From NCBI GenBank assembly GCA_964291625.2, contig OZ220089.1, forward strand, positions 1,792,001-1,856,000: 64,000 nucleotides of DNA, given 5' to 3'. The notes below the pieces were generated by a model, which made no database searches, was not told the origin of the DNA, and was given only the letters and a program-made list of their open reading frames with translations. Made by a program: the position numbers and the translations under genes. Origin of the DNA: Candidatus Latescibacterota bacterium (GTDB lineage Bacteria; Latescibacterota; UBA2968; UBA8231). This document shows, piece by piece, positions 1 through 10,302 of the stretch (within the stretch, counting starts at the first letter, position 1; every line of letters begins with the position of its first letter).

Positions 1-2
1 TC

Positions 3-317
3 CGCGACGGCACCCTGCTCTCGCTGGCCGCGGCCGGCGACTCCATCCACTGCACCTCCGAAGTCACCGTCATCGGCGACCGGGGGATCCTGCGGACCGG
101 TATCTGGGGGGAGCGGCTGCTCTTCAAACCGGTGAAGGAGAGTGCCTTCGCCGAGGTCCGCCACCCCCGCTCCCGGGGCGTGTGGGAGCAGTTCCTCAAG
201 GTCCGCGCCGGCCGACAGGCCAATCCCTGCCCTCCCGAGGTCGGCCTGCGCTTCGCCAGGATGATGGACATGATCCGCAAGAGCGACCGCACCCGGACCA
301 CGGTCAAGGCGCGCTAG
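3..317 (+). CDS. Partial (5'-truncated by window) probable Gfo/Idh/MocA oxidoreductase C-terminus
   Basis: Frame is open from base 3 (RDGTLLSLAAAGDSIHCTSEVTVIGDRG...) and ends in ...NPCPPEVGLRFARMMDMIRKS, typical of Gfo/Idh/MocA C-termini. Confidence 0.55.
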   Translation, partial: RDGTLLSLAAAGDSIHCTSEVTVIGDRGILRTGIWGERLLFKPVKESAFAEVRHPRSRGVWEQFLKVRAGRQANPCPPEVGLRFARMMDMIRKSDRTRTTVKAR

Positions 318-359
318 CGGCGCCGGCCGATCCTGCATACCCCCGAATGGAGACCCACC

Positions 360-2417
360 GTGAGCATTGAGATCCACGTCGCCGTCGATGGCAAGGACAC
401 ACACTCCGGAACCCGGAAGCAACCTTTCGCCACTCTCGCCCGCGCCCGCGATGCCCTGCGGGCCCTGCCGGCCGAGGAGCGCGCCGGCAGCACCGTCTGG
501 ATCGGCGGCGGCGACTACCCGCTGACCGAGAGCCTGCGCCTGGGCCGCCGCGACGGCGGCCGTCCCGAGGCCCCGGTGACCTGGCGCTCCCTGCCGGATC
601 AACGGGTACGCCTCCTCGGCGGCATCACCCTCTCCGGCTTCACCCCGGTGCGCGATGCCGCCGTCCGGGCGCGGCTGGACCCCGCGGCGCGCCGCCACGT
701 GCGCCAGGTGGACCTGAAGGCCCTCGGCCTCGGGCGCCTGTCGCCGATGCGGTCGCGCGGTTTCGGCCGCCAGATGACAGCGGCCCACGTGGAGCTCTTC
801 GTCGACGGCGAACCGCAGACGGTGGCCCGCTGGCCGAACGCCGATGCCGACGAGCCCTTCGCCCGCATGGCCGGCTTTCCCGAGGGCAAGAGCCGCGACG
901 ACGGCCACGGCACGCAGTTGGGGCTCCTGGAAGAGGGCTTCTTCTACGAAGGGGACCGCCCGCGCCGGTGGGCGACCGTGGACGACGCCTGGGTGCACGG
1001 CTACTGGGCCTACGACTGGGCCAACAGCTACGAGCGCATCGCCTCCATCGACGTCGAGGCGCGCCTCGTCAAGACCCTCCCGCCTCACGGCAACCACGGG
1101 TTCCGGCCCGGAAACCGGATCTACTTCCTCAACATCCTCGAGGAGCTCGACTCGCCGGGAGAGTACTTCGTCGACCGCGCCGCCGGCATCCTCTACCTGT
1201 GGCCGCCCAAGCCCCTGAGGAGCGCCGAGGTCATGCTGTCGCTTCTCGAGAGTCCCCTCGTCGCCCTCGGGGGGGCCCGCCACGTCGTCCTGCGCGACCT
1301 CGAGCTGACGGCGACCCGGGGCCACGCCGTCGCCGTCAAGGGCGGCACCGGCTGCCTCGTCGCCGGCTGCCGCATCTCGAACACGGGCAACTACGGCGTC
1401 TGGATCGACGGCGGCACCGACCACGGGGTGCAGGGCTGCGATATCTGGAACAACGGCGACGGCGGCGTCAGCCTCAGCGGCGGCGACCGCAAGAGCATCA
1501 CCCCCTGCCGGCACTTCGTCCACAACTGCCACTTCCATCACCAGGCCCGCTGGTCGCGCTGCTACTACCCGGCCGTGAACCTGGAGGGCGTCGGCACGCG
1601 CGTCTCCAACAACGAGATCCACGACCACCCGCACTGCGCCATCCTGTTCTGGGGCAATGACCACCTGATCGAGTACAACCACATCCACCACGTCTGTCAC
1701 GAGACCGGCGACGTGGGCGCCATCTACACGGGCCGCAACTGGACCTACCGCGACAACATCATTCGCTACAACCACATGCACGACATCCGCGGTCCCGGCA
1801 ACGGCGAAGCCCTCGTCGTCTATCTCGACGACTGCGTCAGCGGCATCACCGTGTACGGCAACCTGATCGTGAACACGCAGTGCGCCGTCGGCATCGGGGG
1901 GGGCCGCGACTGCCTGGTGGAGAACAACGTCTTCGTCGACAATCACCCGGCCATCGGCATCGACGCCCGCGGCCTCGACAAGAGCCCGGTCTGGGCAAAC
2001 GGGGTGCTGGGGCTGGCGGAGAGCCTGCGGGAGATGGATCACCACAACCCGCCCTATTCGGAGCGCTATCCCGAGCTGATGGAGATCGACCGCTGGGTCG
2101 CGGCCGGCACCGGCGTGCCGCCCGAGGGGAACCGCTTTCTGCGCAATCTCTTCGTCGAAGGCTGGTGGCTGCGGATCTTCTGGCTGGCCGAGGAGGAGAT
2201 CATCGACATCCGCGACAACTGGCTCGTCCCCGAAGCCGGCGATCCGGGCTGGGTCGATCCGGAGGATCCGGGCCGCGCCGGTTGGGCCCTGCGCGACGAC
2301 GCCCGGATCCTGCGCGTCACCGGCTTCCAGCCGCTGCCGCTGGAGCGCATCGGCCTGCGCCGGGACGAGTACCGTCCCCGCCTGTCCGCGCCGCGCCCGA
2401 AGCGGCGCCGCCGCTGA
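360..2417 (+). CDS. Right-handed parallel beta-helix protein (GH141/lyase-like)
   Basis: N-terminal 'IHVAVDGKD..SGT..QPFATLARARDA', repeated Asn-ladder motifs (NCHFHH, NNEIHD, YNHIHH), 'ETGDVGAIY', 'YLDDCVSG'. Confidence 0.8.
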   Translation: MSIEIHVAVDGKDTHSGTRKQPFATLARARDALRALPAEERAGSTVWIGGGDYPLTESLRLGRRDGGRPEAPVTWRSLPDQRVRLLGGITLSGFTPVRDAAVRARLDPAARRHVRQVDLKALGLGRLSPMRSRGFGRQMTAAHVELFVDGEPQTVARWPNADADEPFARMAGFPEGKSRDDGHGTQLGLLEEGFFYEGDRPRRWATVDDAWVHGYWAYDWANSYERIASIDVEARLVKTLPPHGNHGFRPGNRIYFLNILEELDSPGEYFVDRAAGILYLWPPKPLRSAEVMLSLLESPLVALGGARHVVLRDLELTATRGHAVAVKGGTGCLVAGCRISNTGNYGVWIDGGTDHGVQGCDIWNNGDGGVSLSGGDRKSITPCRHFVHNCHFHHQARWSRCYYPAVNLEGVGTRVSNNEIHDHPHCAILFWGNDHLIEYNHIHHVCHETGDVGAIYTGRNWTYRDNIIRYNHMHDIRGPGNGEALVVYLDDCVSGITVYGNLIVNTQCAVGIGGGRDCLVENNVFVDNHPAIGIDARGLDKSPVWANGVLGLAESLREMDHHNPPYSERYPELMEIDRWVAAGTGVPPEGNRFLRNLFVEGWWLRIFWLAEEEIIDIRDNWLVPEAGDPGWVDPEDPGRAGWALRDDARILRVTGFQPLPLERIGLRRDEYRPRLSAPRPKRRRR

Positions 2418-3574
2418 TGAACCGTATCGTCTTCGTCTCCCAGGGCCGGACGGCGATCGTGAACGCCGACGGCAGCGGTCTGCGGTACTTCGAGTTCGAC
2501 GTGCCCCTCCAGGAGACCTGGCACCCCGGCGAGTTCTTCGCCGACGGCAGGATGCTGCTCACCAGCATGGAGGCGCGGCGCGACGGGCCCGGCAAGTCCT
2601 TCGACGAGTACTACCACCTGACGCCCACCCACACCTGGATCTACGATCCCGAGGGGGACACGCTCGAAGAGATCCTCACTCGCGAGCGGCTGGCCGTCTC
2701 CCAGCAACCGTACCTCCTGCTGAAAAACGGGCGCATGCTCGTGCAGGTCGTCTTTGCAGACAGGACGGCCCAGGCCTACAGCATGAACCCGGACGGCACC
2801 GATGCGCGGGAGGTGACCCAGGCGGGCGAGGGCCTGGCGTACGGGCTCAGTCTCAGTCCGGACGGCAGCCGCATCGCCTTTCACCTGGCCGGTCCATCGG
2901 GGTACCAGATCTGGACCAGCGACGTGGACGGGGGGAACCGCGTCCTGGTGGCGGCTCACGAGGAGTACCTGTTCTTCGGGCCGAACTGGTCCCCCGACGG
3001 CGAGTGGCTGGTCTACCAGGGATGCCTCTTCCGGCACGACTCCGGACACGACTGGTCCGACCTGTTCATCAACCGCCCGGACGGCTCCGAGCCGCGGCAA
3101 CTGACGGACGGGCAGGCCCTGTGGTTCGGGGCGTCGTACGGCTCTCCCGAGACCAGGGGGGGCGGTTCCAACATGCCGGTCTGGTCACGGGACGGGTCGA
3201 TCCTGGTGTCGCGCCGGCTGCCCGGTTCCAAGGTGCCCTGGGAGCACCAGCCGCAGCGTCCGGACATGGACCACTTCAACCGCGATTACAAGCCGGAGCT
3301 GGCCCGCGGCGGCACCGAGATCTGCCGGATCGATCCGGGCGGCGGCGCCCTCGTGCGGCTCACCCGCTCGGACCCGCCGGTCTGGGACTTCCGGCAGAGC
3401 GAGTCACCCGACGGCGGGCAGATCGTCTTCTGCCGGGCGAAGACGGGGGAACCGCCGGCCGTCTGGGTGGCGGACGGGGATGGCCGGAATCAGCGGCTCC
3501 TCACCCGGGGGATCGACAGCCGGGGTGCGGATCACCCGAGGTGGGTGCCGCGGGCGGATCAGGGGTCAGCCTGA
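2417..3574 (+). CDS. TolB-like/PD40 beta-propeller protein
   Basis: ATG overlaps the upstream TGA; repeats SPDGSRIAF, WSPDGEWLVY, SPDGGQIVF, DGRNQRLLT. Confidence 0.75.
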   Translation: MNRIVFVSQGRTAIVNADGSGLRYFEFDVPLQETWHPGEFFADGRMLLTSMEARRDGPGKSFDEYYHLTPTHTWIYDPEGDTLEEILTRERLAVSQQPYLLLKNGRMLVQVVFADRTAQAYSMNPDGTDAREVTQAGEGLAYGLSLSPDGSRIAFHLAGPSGYQIWTSDVDGGNRVLVAAHEEYLFFGPNWSPDGEWLVYQGCLFRHDSGHDWSDLFINRPDGSEPRQLTDGQALWFGASYGSPETRGGGSNMPVWSRDGSILVSRRLPGSKVPWEHQPQRPDMDHFNRDYKPELARGGTEICRIDPGGGALVRLTRSDPPVWDFRQSESPDGGQIVFCRAKTGEPPAVWVADGDGRNQRLLTRGIDSRGADHPRWVPRADQGSA

Positions 3575-3673
3575 GTCTGCCCCAGTCGGGCGTGCGCCGA
3601 CATCGTGGTCGGTTGCGTGGGACGGCAGTCGAGAGCAGCCACGGCCCGCGTCCAGGCGCGGCTCAAGCCAGGG

Positions 3674-4984
3674 CTAGTCCCGGTAGGGGTCGTGGGTCTC
3701 GGGACCGGCCATGGCCACGCCCAGGGGCTGAAGGGTGTGGAGCACGCGGATCGAGCCGGCGTGGTGCTCCAGGACCTCCGGCAGCCGCTTGTAGCAGTGG
3801 GGCGACTCGTCGGTGCCGGCGCCGCGCAGCTCCACCCCCCAGTCCCGGACCCAGTCCTCCATCATCTGGCGGCTGATCCGGCCCTCCTTGACGACCACGG
3901 GCCTCTTGCGGCCCCCCTTCCCCCTCTTCCAGCGCACGCGGCCGGCGGCGGCCGTGCGCGACATGACGCGGCCGGCGCCGTGCACGGTGGAGCGGTAGCC
4001 CCGGGCCGCCTCCTCGGTGTCGACGCCCTCGACGATCACGGAGACGTCGCCCATGGAGCCACCGATGAAGCCGCGCTGTCCGGGGAAGGCGGGCGTCGCG
4101 CCCTTGCGCACGACCCACAGCCGGCGGCCGCCGTGCTCCTCGAGCCATGCGAAGTTGTGGTGGTTGTGGACCTCTTCCAGGGCCGGCGACCCGAGGATCT
4201 CGCAGACGCGGCCGCAGACCCAGTCGCGGCCGGCGTAGGCGTAGCGTCCGGCCAGCTCCATGCAGGCGCGGTACTCCTCCCCCGCCCGGGAGTCGACGTC
4301 GAAGAGCACGGGAGGGGCGTGGAAGTCGTCGGACCCGCCGCCGAGGCGCATGAAGTGGGTGGCCAGCCGGTGGCCGAGGCCGCGGGAGCCGAAGTGGACG
4401 CCGATCCAGAGGCGGTCCTCCTCGTCGGCGAAGACGTCGACGTAGTGGTTGCCGGCGCCCACGGTGCCGAGCTGCCCCCGGGCCAGGCCGTGGAGCCCCG
4501 CCGCCACGTCGATGCTCCAGGCGGGATCGTCCTCGAAGAGGGGATGGTCCACGGTCTCCTTGTTCCTGCGGCCGATGCCGAAGGAGATCGTCTCCCAGAT
4601 CTCGTCCATCAGCTCCGAGATCCTCGGCCGCACCTCGGCGGCGCTGAGACCGACGCGCACCGCCTTGTTGCCGCAGGCGATGTCGTAGCCCACGCCCGAG
4701 GGCGAGATCCGGTCCTCGTAGGCGACGACCCCGCCCACGGGCATGGAGTATCCGAGGTGATGGTCGGCCATCAGGACACCGCCGACGGCGCCGGTGCCGT
4801 CGGCCATGCAGGCGTGGATCTGGCGGACCGCGCCCTCGTCGACGGGATCGCCCCAGGCGGCGCGCAGGCGGCCGCTGTCGGTCCGGCGGGCGTTGGGACC
4901 CGACGGCTTTCCGACGGACCCTTCGCCCCCGGCCCGTCCTGGCCGGGCCCCCTTGAGAGATGGCTTCGCCGCGCGTCTCCTCAT
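3674..4984 (-). CDS. rtcB: RtcB family RNA ligase
   Basis: Motifs MADHHLGY, GVGYDIACGN, GTVGAGNHY, HFGSRGLG, HNHHN, RKGATPA, HGAGR, DESPHCYK; ATG at 4984 overlaps the stop of the upstream HTH gene. Confidence 0.9.
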   Translation of the reverse strand: MRRRAAKPSLKGARPGRAGGEGSVGKPSGPNARRTDSGRLRAAWGDPVDEGAVRQIHACMADGTGAVGGVLMADHHLGYSMPVGGVVAYEDRISPSGVGYDIACGNKAVRVGLSAAEVRPRISELMDEIWETISFGIGRRNKETVDHPLFEDDPAWSIDVAAGLHGLARGQLGTVGAGNHYVDVFADEEDRLWIGVHFGSRGLGHRLATHFMRLGGGSDDFHAPPVLFDVDSRAGEEYRACMELAGRYAYAGRDWVCGRVCEILGSPALEEVHNHHNFAWLEEHGGRRLWVVRKGATPAFPGQRGFIGGSMGDVSVIVEGVDTEEAARGYRSTVHGAGRVMSRTAAAGRVRWKRGKGGRKRPVVVKEGRISRQMMEDWVRDWGVELRGAGTDESPHCYKRLPEVLEHHAGSIRVLHTLQPLGVAMAGPETHDPYRD

Positions 4985-5187
4985 TTCGCCAGGATCTCCG
5001 AAGCCTCGCAGTCCAGTCCAGCGCACAAGCGGGCGACGATCTCCTCCTCCACCTCGGTCTCGCCGCCGACGAGAATCGCCGTCAGGCGGTCGTAGCTGAT
5101 TCCGACCTGGTTGGCCAGTTGGAACTTGAAGAGGAAGTTCCTCCGCATCATCTGTCTTTGCAGGGCCGGGACATTCAGGCGCGGCAT
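4981..5187 (-). CDS. Small Cro/XRE-type HTH protein (68 aa)
   Basis: MPRLNVPALQRQMMRR...QLANQVGISYDRLTAIL...IVARLCAGLDCEASEIL has an XRE-like pattern; translationally coupled to rtcB. Confidence 0.65.
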   Translation of the reverse strand: MPRLNVPALQRQMMRRNFLFKFQLANQVGISYDRLTAILVGGETEVEEEIVARLCAGLDCEASEILAK

Positions 5188-5280
5188 GGTCAGGCCCCCC
5201 GGGGCCGCGCGGCCCGGATCGAGGGGGCTGCCGGGCGACGAGCTTGAGGCGCGGACGAGGACGGGGTTAGCATTCGAGGC

Positions 5281-6273
5281 ATGGGACCGCACGGGGTAGG
5301 AATCATCGGAGCGGGCAGCGTCGCCCACGGGCACCTGCGGGCGGCGGCGGCCCTTGAATCTACGCAGGTGCGGGCCGTCGCCGACACCCGGGCGGAGGCC
5401 CGCGACCGCGTCAGCGCGGAGCACGGCTGCCGCGGCTATTCCACGTACCAGGAACTGCTCGACGACGACCGGGTCGACCTGGCCATCGTCTGCCTGCCCC
5501 ACGCCCTGCACTGCGAGGCGACCGTGGCCGCCCTGGAGGCGGGCAAGCATGTCCTGGTGGAGAAGCCGATGGCCGTCGACGTCGAGCAGTGCGACGCCAT
5601 GATCGAGGCCTCCCGCCGCTCGGGCCGGCAGCTCACCGTGGGCCACATGCACCACTTCTCGCCGCCGAACCGCGCCGTGAAGAAGCTGCTGAGCGAGCGG
5701 GCCCTGGGCGAGCTGGTCTGTCTCTGCGACGAGGGCTACCGGCCCTTCAAGCCCAAGAGGCGGGCCTGGTACCTCGACAAGGCCACCTACGGCGGACTGT
5801 GGTACCAGAACGGCATCCACCTCATCGACCGCTCCTGCTGGTGGACGGGCCACCGCGTCGCGGCCGTGAAGGCCCTGGTCGACAGCCGCTTCTTCGAGTT
5901 CTCGGCCGACGACGTGGCCATGGCCCTGCTGCAGTTCGAGAACGGCGTCCACGCCACCCTCATCCACGTCTGGTGGAAGACGGGCGGCACCCGCTTCAGC
6001 ACCGAGTTCGTGTGCACCGACGGCATGATCCAGCTGCACCGGGGCATCGAGTCCGGGGGGGACGACCTCTTCATCGGCAGGGAGGGGAACTGGGAGCCCG
6101 TGGAGGTCACCGAGGACCACGACACCACGGCGATGCAGCTGCAGGCCTTCGTGGACGCCATCGACGCGGGGACGGAGCCGCCCGTGACCGCCGGGTACTC
6201 CCGCCACCTCGTGGAGGTGATGGCCGCCTGCCTGGAGTCCTCCCGCACCGGCCGGGAGGTGGTGCTGGCGTGA
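5281..6273 (+). CDS. Gfo/Idh/MocA family oxidoreductase
   Basis: GIIGAGSVA, AGKHVLVEKPMA, GIHLID motifs. Confidence 0.9.
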   Translation: MGPHGVGIIGAGSVAHGHLRAAAALESTQVRAVADTRAEARDRVSAEHGCRGYSTYQELLDDDRVDLAIVCLPHALHCEATVAALEAGKHVLVEKPMAVDVEQCDAMIEASRRSGRQLTVGHMHHFSPPNRAVKKLLSERALGELVCLCDEGYRPFKPKRRAWYLDKATYGGLWYQNGIHLIDRSCWWTGHRVAAVKALVDSRFFEFSADDVAMALLQFENGVHATLIHVWWKTGGTRFSTEFVCTDGMIQLHRGIESGGDDLFIGREGNWEPVEVTEDHDTTAMQLQAFVDAIDAGTEPPVTAGYSRHLVEVMAACLESSRTGREVVLA

Positions 6274-7670
6274 ACGACGCGGACCTGTGCTGGCTCTCCG
6301 CCCTCGAGCTGCGGCGGCTCTACCGGCGCCGGGAGCTGTCCCCGGTGGAGGTCACCGAGGCGGTCCTGCGCCGCATCGAGGCCGTCGACGGCGGGCTCAA
6401 CGCCTTCGTCACGGTCACTCCCGGGCGGGCCATGGCCGAAGCGCGCGCCGCCGAGGCCGCGTACGCCGGCGGCGATCAGGTCCCGCCGCTGGCCGGCATT
6501 CCCGGCTCCCTGAAGGACCTGACGGCGACGCACGGGATCCGCACCACCCGGGGCTCGCTGTCGACCGCCGACTGGGTCCCCGACTTCGACGCGCCCCTCA
6601 CCGAACGCCTGCGCGACGCCGGCATGGTCCTCCTCGGCAAGACCAACACCCCGGAGTTAGGGTGGAAGGGGGACTCCGGCAACCGCGTCTGCGGACCGAC
6701 CCACAATCCCTGGCGCCACGGACGCACGCCCGGCGGCTCCAGCGGCGGCGCCGCGGCGGCGGTGGCAGCCGGCCTGGGAGCCCTGGCCCAGGGCACGGAC
6801 GGCGCCGGCTCGATCCGCATCCCCGCCGCCTTCTGCGGCGCCTTCGGCTTCAAGCCCTCCTGGGGACGGATCCCCCAGCACCCGGCCAGCGTCGTGGAGA
6901 CCCTGTCCCACGCCGGTCCGATCACGCGCACCGTGGGCGACGCCGTGCTCATGTTGCAGACCATGGCCGGCCCCGACGCGCGGGACCGCACCTCCATGCC
7001 GGCCGAGCCCGTGGCCCTGGACCAGATCGAGGGAGGGATGGAGGGACTGCGCGCGGCCTGGTCTTCCGACCTCGGATACGCCGCCGTCGATCCCCGGGTG
7101 GTCGAGACCGCCCGGTCCGCCGCTCTCCGGTTCGCGGACCTCGGCTGCACCCTCGAGGAGGCGCACCCCGAGACCGCCGATCCCTGGCGGCTTCTCCACA
7201 CCCTGTGGTCGACGGCCTTCGCCGCCACCTTCCGCGACGACTTCGACAACATCGCCGACCGCCTCGACCCCGGTCTGCGGGCCGTCGTCGAGGAGGGCTT
7301 CCGGTTCCGCGGCACGGATGTGGCCGCCGCCTACCTGGAGCGCAACCCCTACTATCACCTCTGGCGGGAGTTCTTCGAGAGCCGCGACCTGCTGCTGACA
7401 CCGACCCTGCCGGTGACCGCCTTCGCCGCCGGCGACGACCACCCGGGCTCGATCGCCGGCCGCGAGACCACCTACCTGAGCTGGACGGCCTTCACCTACC
7501 CGGTGAACCTCACCGGCCTGCCGGCCGCCACCGTGCCCTGCGGCTTCGTCGACGGCCTGCCCGTGGGCCTGCAGATCATCGGCGGCTGGCGCCAGGACCT
7601 CGCCGTTCTGCGCGCCGCCCGGGCCTTCGAGCAGCTCGCCCCCTGGAGCCAGGAACGGCCGCCCCTCTGA
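6270..7670 (+). CDS. Amidase (GatA/amidase signature family)
   Basis: GTG overlaps the upstream stop; GKTNTPELG, GGSSGGAAAAVAAG, GTDGAGSIRIPAAFCG, GLPVGLQIIG. Confidence 0.9.
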   Translation: MNDADLCWLSALELRRLYRRRELSPVEVTEAVLRRIEAVDGGLNAFVTVTPGRAMAEARAAEAAYAGGDQVPPLAGIPGSLKDLTATHGIRTTRGSLSTADWVPDFDAPLTERLRDAGMVLLGKTNTPELGWKGDSGNRVCGPTHNPWRHGRTPGGSSGGAAAAVAAGLGALAQGTDGAGSIRIPAAFCGAFGFKPSWGRIPQHPASVVETLSHAGPITRTVGDAVLMLQTMAGPDARDRTSMPAEPVALDQIEGGMEGLRAAWSSDLGYAAVDPRVVETARSAALRFADLGCTLEEAHPETADPWRLLHTLWSTAFAATFRDDFDNIADRLDPGLRAVVEEGFRFRGTDVAAAYLERNPYYHLWREFFESRDLLLTPTLPVTAFAAGDDHPGSIAGRETTYLSWTAFTYPVNLTGLPAATVPCGFVDGLPVGLQIIGGWRQDLAVLRAARAFEQLAPWSQERPPL

Positions 7671-7700
7671 TCCGGGACGTCGCCGGCCCGGGGAAGAGAG

Positions 7701-8447
7701 TCAGCCGTCGCGGCGCATGAGGCTGAAGCTCTGCGCCGTGGGCCCCACGTCCGGCTGGGTGGCCAGGAAGAGGGCCAGGGGCACCACCTCCTCCGGGGAC
7801 TTCACCCATTCGCTGTCGATCCCGGCCACCGCGCCGCCGCCTCGGGTGGCGTCGGTGCGCACCGGCCCCGGGATCAGCTCGTTGACGCTGATGCCGTCGG
7901 CCCACAGCTCGCGGGCGCTGACGCGGGTCAGCATCCACAGGGCGGCCTTGGCGCAGCAGTAGGCCGAGTCTCCGGCCAGACCGTTGTGGCCCATGCCCGA
8001 GCCCATGGTGAGGATCTTGCCGCCGCCGCGCCGCTTCAGGTGCGGGATGACGGCGCGGATGCAGTGGTAGGCGCCGAAGAGGTTCACGGCCAAGGTGGCC
8101 TCCCACAGAGAGGGGTCTCCCTCCAGGATCGGCTTCGACTCGAGGACGCCGCCGGCATTGGCGACCAGGATGTCGACACCGCCCATCGCCTCCGCCGCCG
8201 CCTCGAACATACTCGTCACGGCCCGGGGGTCGGTGACGTCGGCGGCCACGGCGATCCCGGTCCCGCCGGCGCCGCGGATGCGGTCTGCGGTATCCTCGAT
8301 CTGCTCCCGCGTGCGGGCCGTGCAGCAGACCGCCGCTCCGGCCTCGGCGTAGGCGAGGGCGATGGCCCGTCCGATGCCGCGGCCGGCCCCGGTGACGACG
8401 GCGACCTTGCCGCGGAGGGGCCGGTCCCCTGGTCCCGTGGCGCTCAC
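7701..8447 (-). CDS. SDR family oxidoreductase
   Basis: VAVVTGAGRGIG, DILVANAG, YCCAK (YxxxK), PGPVRT. Confidence 0.9.
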   Translation of the reverse strand: MSATGPGDRPLRGKVAVVTGAGRGIGRAIALAYAEAGAAVCCTARTREQIEDTADRIRGAGGTGIAVAADVTDPRAVTSMFEAAAEAMGGVDILVANAGGVLESKPILEGDPSLWEATLAVNLFGAYHCIRAVIPHLKRRGGGKILTMGSGMGHNGLAGDSAYCCAKAALWMLTRVSARELWADGISVNELIPGPVRTDATRGGGAVAGIDSEWVKSPEEVVPLALFLATQPDVGPTAQSFSLMRRDG

Positions 8448-8626
8448 GAGAGGGTTGCCCCTTCCTCGATCTCCTCGCTGCGGATGAACCGACGGCACGA
8501 GGCGCAGTGATAGCTGCGAGTCCGGACCGAGCGGACCTCACCGTCCGGCAGGGTCACTCGCCGGCTGGTGGACTGCACGGAGACGTTGCGTGAGGCGCGG
8601 CAGCGCGGGCAGTACTCGGGATTCAT
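8444..8626 (-). CDS. Small zinc-ribbon protein
   Basis: CPRC...HCASC pair; stop overlaps the SDR start. Confidence 0.55.
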   Translation of the reverse strand: MNPEYCPRCRASRNVSVQSTSRRVTLPDGEVRSVRTRSYHCASCRRFIRSEEIEEGATLS

Positions 8627-8720
8627 CGTGGTCGGCTCCTTTCCTGGGCGCGGCGGGATGCGAGAAAGCGAGCTTCAAAAGCGCAGCGCTCTCCATCTTC
8701 TCCTCCTGAGCCTGCGGGCA

Positions 8721-9089
8721 CTATCCGATCTCTTCGATCACGTCCGGCTCAGGCGTCTTCGCGAATTGGACGGCCTTGATCGTCCTGCTCCCTTCGAGCA
8801 AGGCTCGAGCCAGGCGGTGACCTCCGTCCATCAGACCGCCGTTCTCGTTGAGTATAATCGGGAATTCCGAGTTGACCTCATTGATCCGCTTGCAGTGGCC
8901 GGCCACCTCTCGGATGGTCGGCCTGCGACCCGCGCCGAACCAGCAGTCCCGGTCCAGTTCCCGAATGCTCTCCACCTCGACTTCGAACTCGGGCAGCTCC
9001 CGGGCCAGCTTCCACAGCCGGTCCGTGTACCAGATGTGTCTCTTCCCTCCGACTCTCGTCGAATGGGTCTCTCGTCTACGTCTGTGCAA
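8721..9089 (-). CDS. Small ParB/Srx-like domain protein
   Basis: PIILNENGGLMDGGHRLARALLEG matches the ParB-like 'DG.HR' motif. Confidence 0.6.
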   Translation of the reverse strand: MHRRRRETHSTRVGGKRHIWYTDRLWKLARELPEFEVEVESIRELDRDCWFGAGRRPTIREVAGHCKRINEVNSEFPIILNENGGLMDGGHRLARALLEGSRTIKAVQFAKTPEPDVIEEIG

Positions 9090-9193
9090 AGCCCCTCTCC
9101 CTCAGCTCTCTCAGCCTCCAGTCATTCCCCGGCAACAGGTGACCACCGGATTTCTTCCCCCGATACACCTGCACAGCCAATCCTCAACAGTGA

Positions 9194-10048
9194 TCATGTG
9201 GAGCATCCAGCGGCCAAGAACCCAGTCGGTCGAACCCGGGAGCCATCCCGCTCCTCATGGACATAGATCGAGTTTTCCCCATGCTCGCCATGTTGCAGCA
9301 CACACTCGAAACCATAGGATTCCACCTCCGCTACGAGCCTCTTCCCATCTCGATAGCACCGCTTGGGAATGTAGGTCTTGCCGTTGATGACCAGTGTGTC
9401 GCTGCAGGGAACTGCCTGCTCCAGTTCGGAAGGAGCCTTTTCCAGCGGCTCGTAGTAGTAGTCTGTTGACGGATCGTAGAGGCAATCGCCGTCATAGGTA
9501 TCGTAGGTCTGGCCGGTGGAGCGATCTACGACTCTCTCTTCCGGGCTATGCCGTCCGGACTCATAGACAGAGGAACTCACGAGGTAGTAGCCCTCGGGCT
9601 TCAGCATGGCCTTGACACTCTCGAAGACGGACCTGCGCTCCCTCGCGAAAACGATGTGGTTGATGCAGTAGCTGTCGAGTATCAAGTCGAACTGGCGCCC
9701 ATTCCGCGGAATCGCCGTCACGTCCACGACCTCGTATGAAATGGCCAGACCTCGGACGGCGGATATCTCCCGGGCCTTCCGGATCGCCTCCGGAATCAGA
9801 TCATAGCCGGTGACCTTGTAGCCCCGCTCGGCAAGGTACAGGGCCACCGGGCCCACGCCCGTGCCAAGTTCAAGCGTCTCCGGATCGGGCGTCTCGAACC
9901 GGAGCTTCGGCAAGGCCAACTCGAGGAATTCCCGGGAGGAGAAGTCATGGAAGTCGATGCCACCATACATCTGCCTTGCCCAGTCTTCCAGGCCCATCCG
10001 GGTCATGATCTCGTAACGCCGGACATTCTCGCGGAAGTAGTATCTCAC
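9194..10048 (-). CDS. Class I SAM-dependent methyltransferase
   Basis: LELGTGVG motif I, GYDLIPEAI, FDLILDSYCINHI, LKPEG. Confidence 0.85.
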   Translation of the reverse strand: MRYYFRENVRRYEIMTRMGLEDWARQMYGGIDFHDFSSREFLELALPKLRFETPDPETLELGTGVGPVALYLAERGYKVTGYDLIPEAIRKAREISAVRGLAISYEVVDVTAIPRNGRQFDLILDSYCINHIVFARERRSVFESVKAMLKPEGYYLVSSSVYESGRHSPEERVVDRSTGQTYDTYDGDCLYDPSTDYYYEPLEKAPSELEQAVPCSDTLVINGKTYIPKRCYRDGKRLVAEVESYGFECVLQHGEHGENSIYVHEERDGSRVRPTGFLAAGCST

Positions 10049-10290
10049 CTTGCCTGCGCGACATCGTAGGCCGCCTGCAGCCGTATCCAGGTCTCGGTCG
10101 TCGACCCGAAGGCCTTGGCCAGGCGGACGGCCATGTCCCCGGAAATCCGGGCGCGACCATTCACCAGGTTCGACAGGGCCTGGCGACTGACCCCAAGGAC
10201 CTTCGCTCCTTGCGTGACAGTGAGGCCGAGCGGCTCCAGACAGGACACACGCACGGCCTTGCCGGGGTGCGGCGGCTTCTTCATGGGCAT
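10045..10290 (-). CDS. higA: HigA family antitoxin (orphan, possibly C-terminally clipped)
   Basis: PPHPG...LGLTVTQGAKVLGVSRQALSNLVNG...MAVRLAKAFG...WIRLQAAYD; no HigB toxin adjacent. Confidence 0.85.
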   Translation of the reverse strand: MPMKKPPHPGKAVRVSCLEPLGLTVTQGAKVLGVSRQALSNLVNGRARISGDMAVRLAKAFGSTTETWIRLQAAYDVAQAR

Positions 10291-10302
10291 GTGGTTTCGG
10301 AG

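Noticed and set aside
599-8541. Many long overlapping Arg/Pro/Gly-rich or antisense ORFs here and throughout the window
   Set aside because: Shadow ORFs expected at high GC that overlap well-supported genes.
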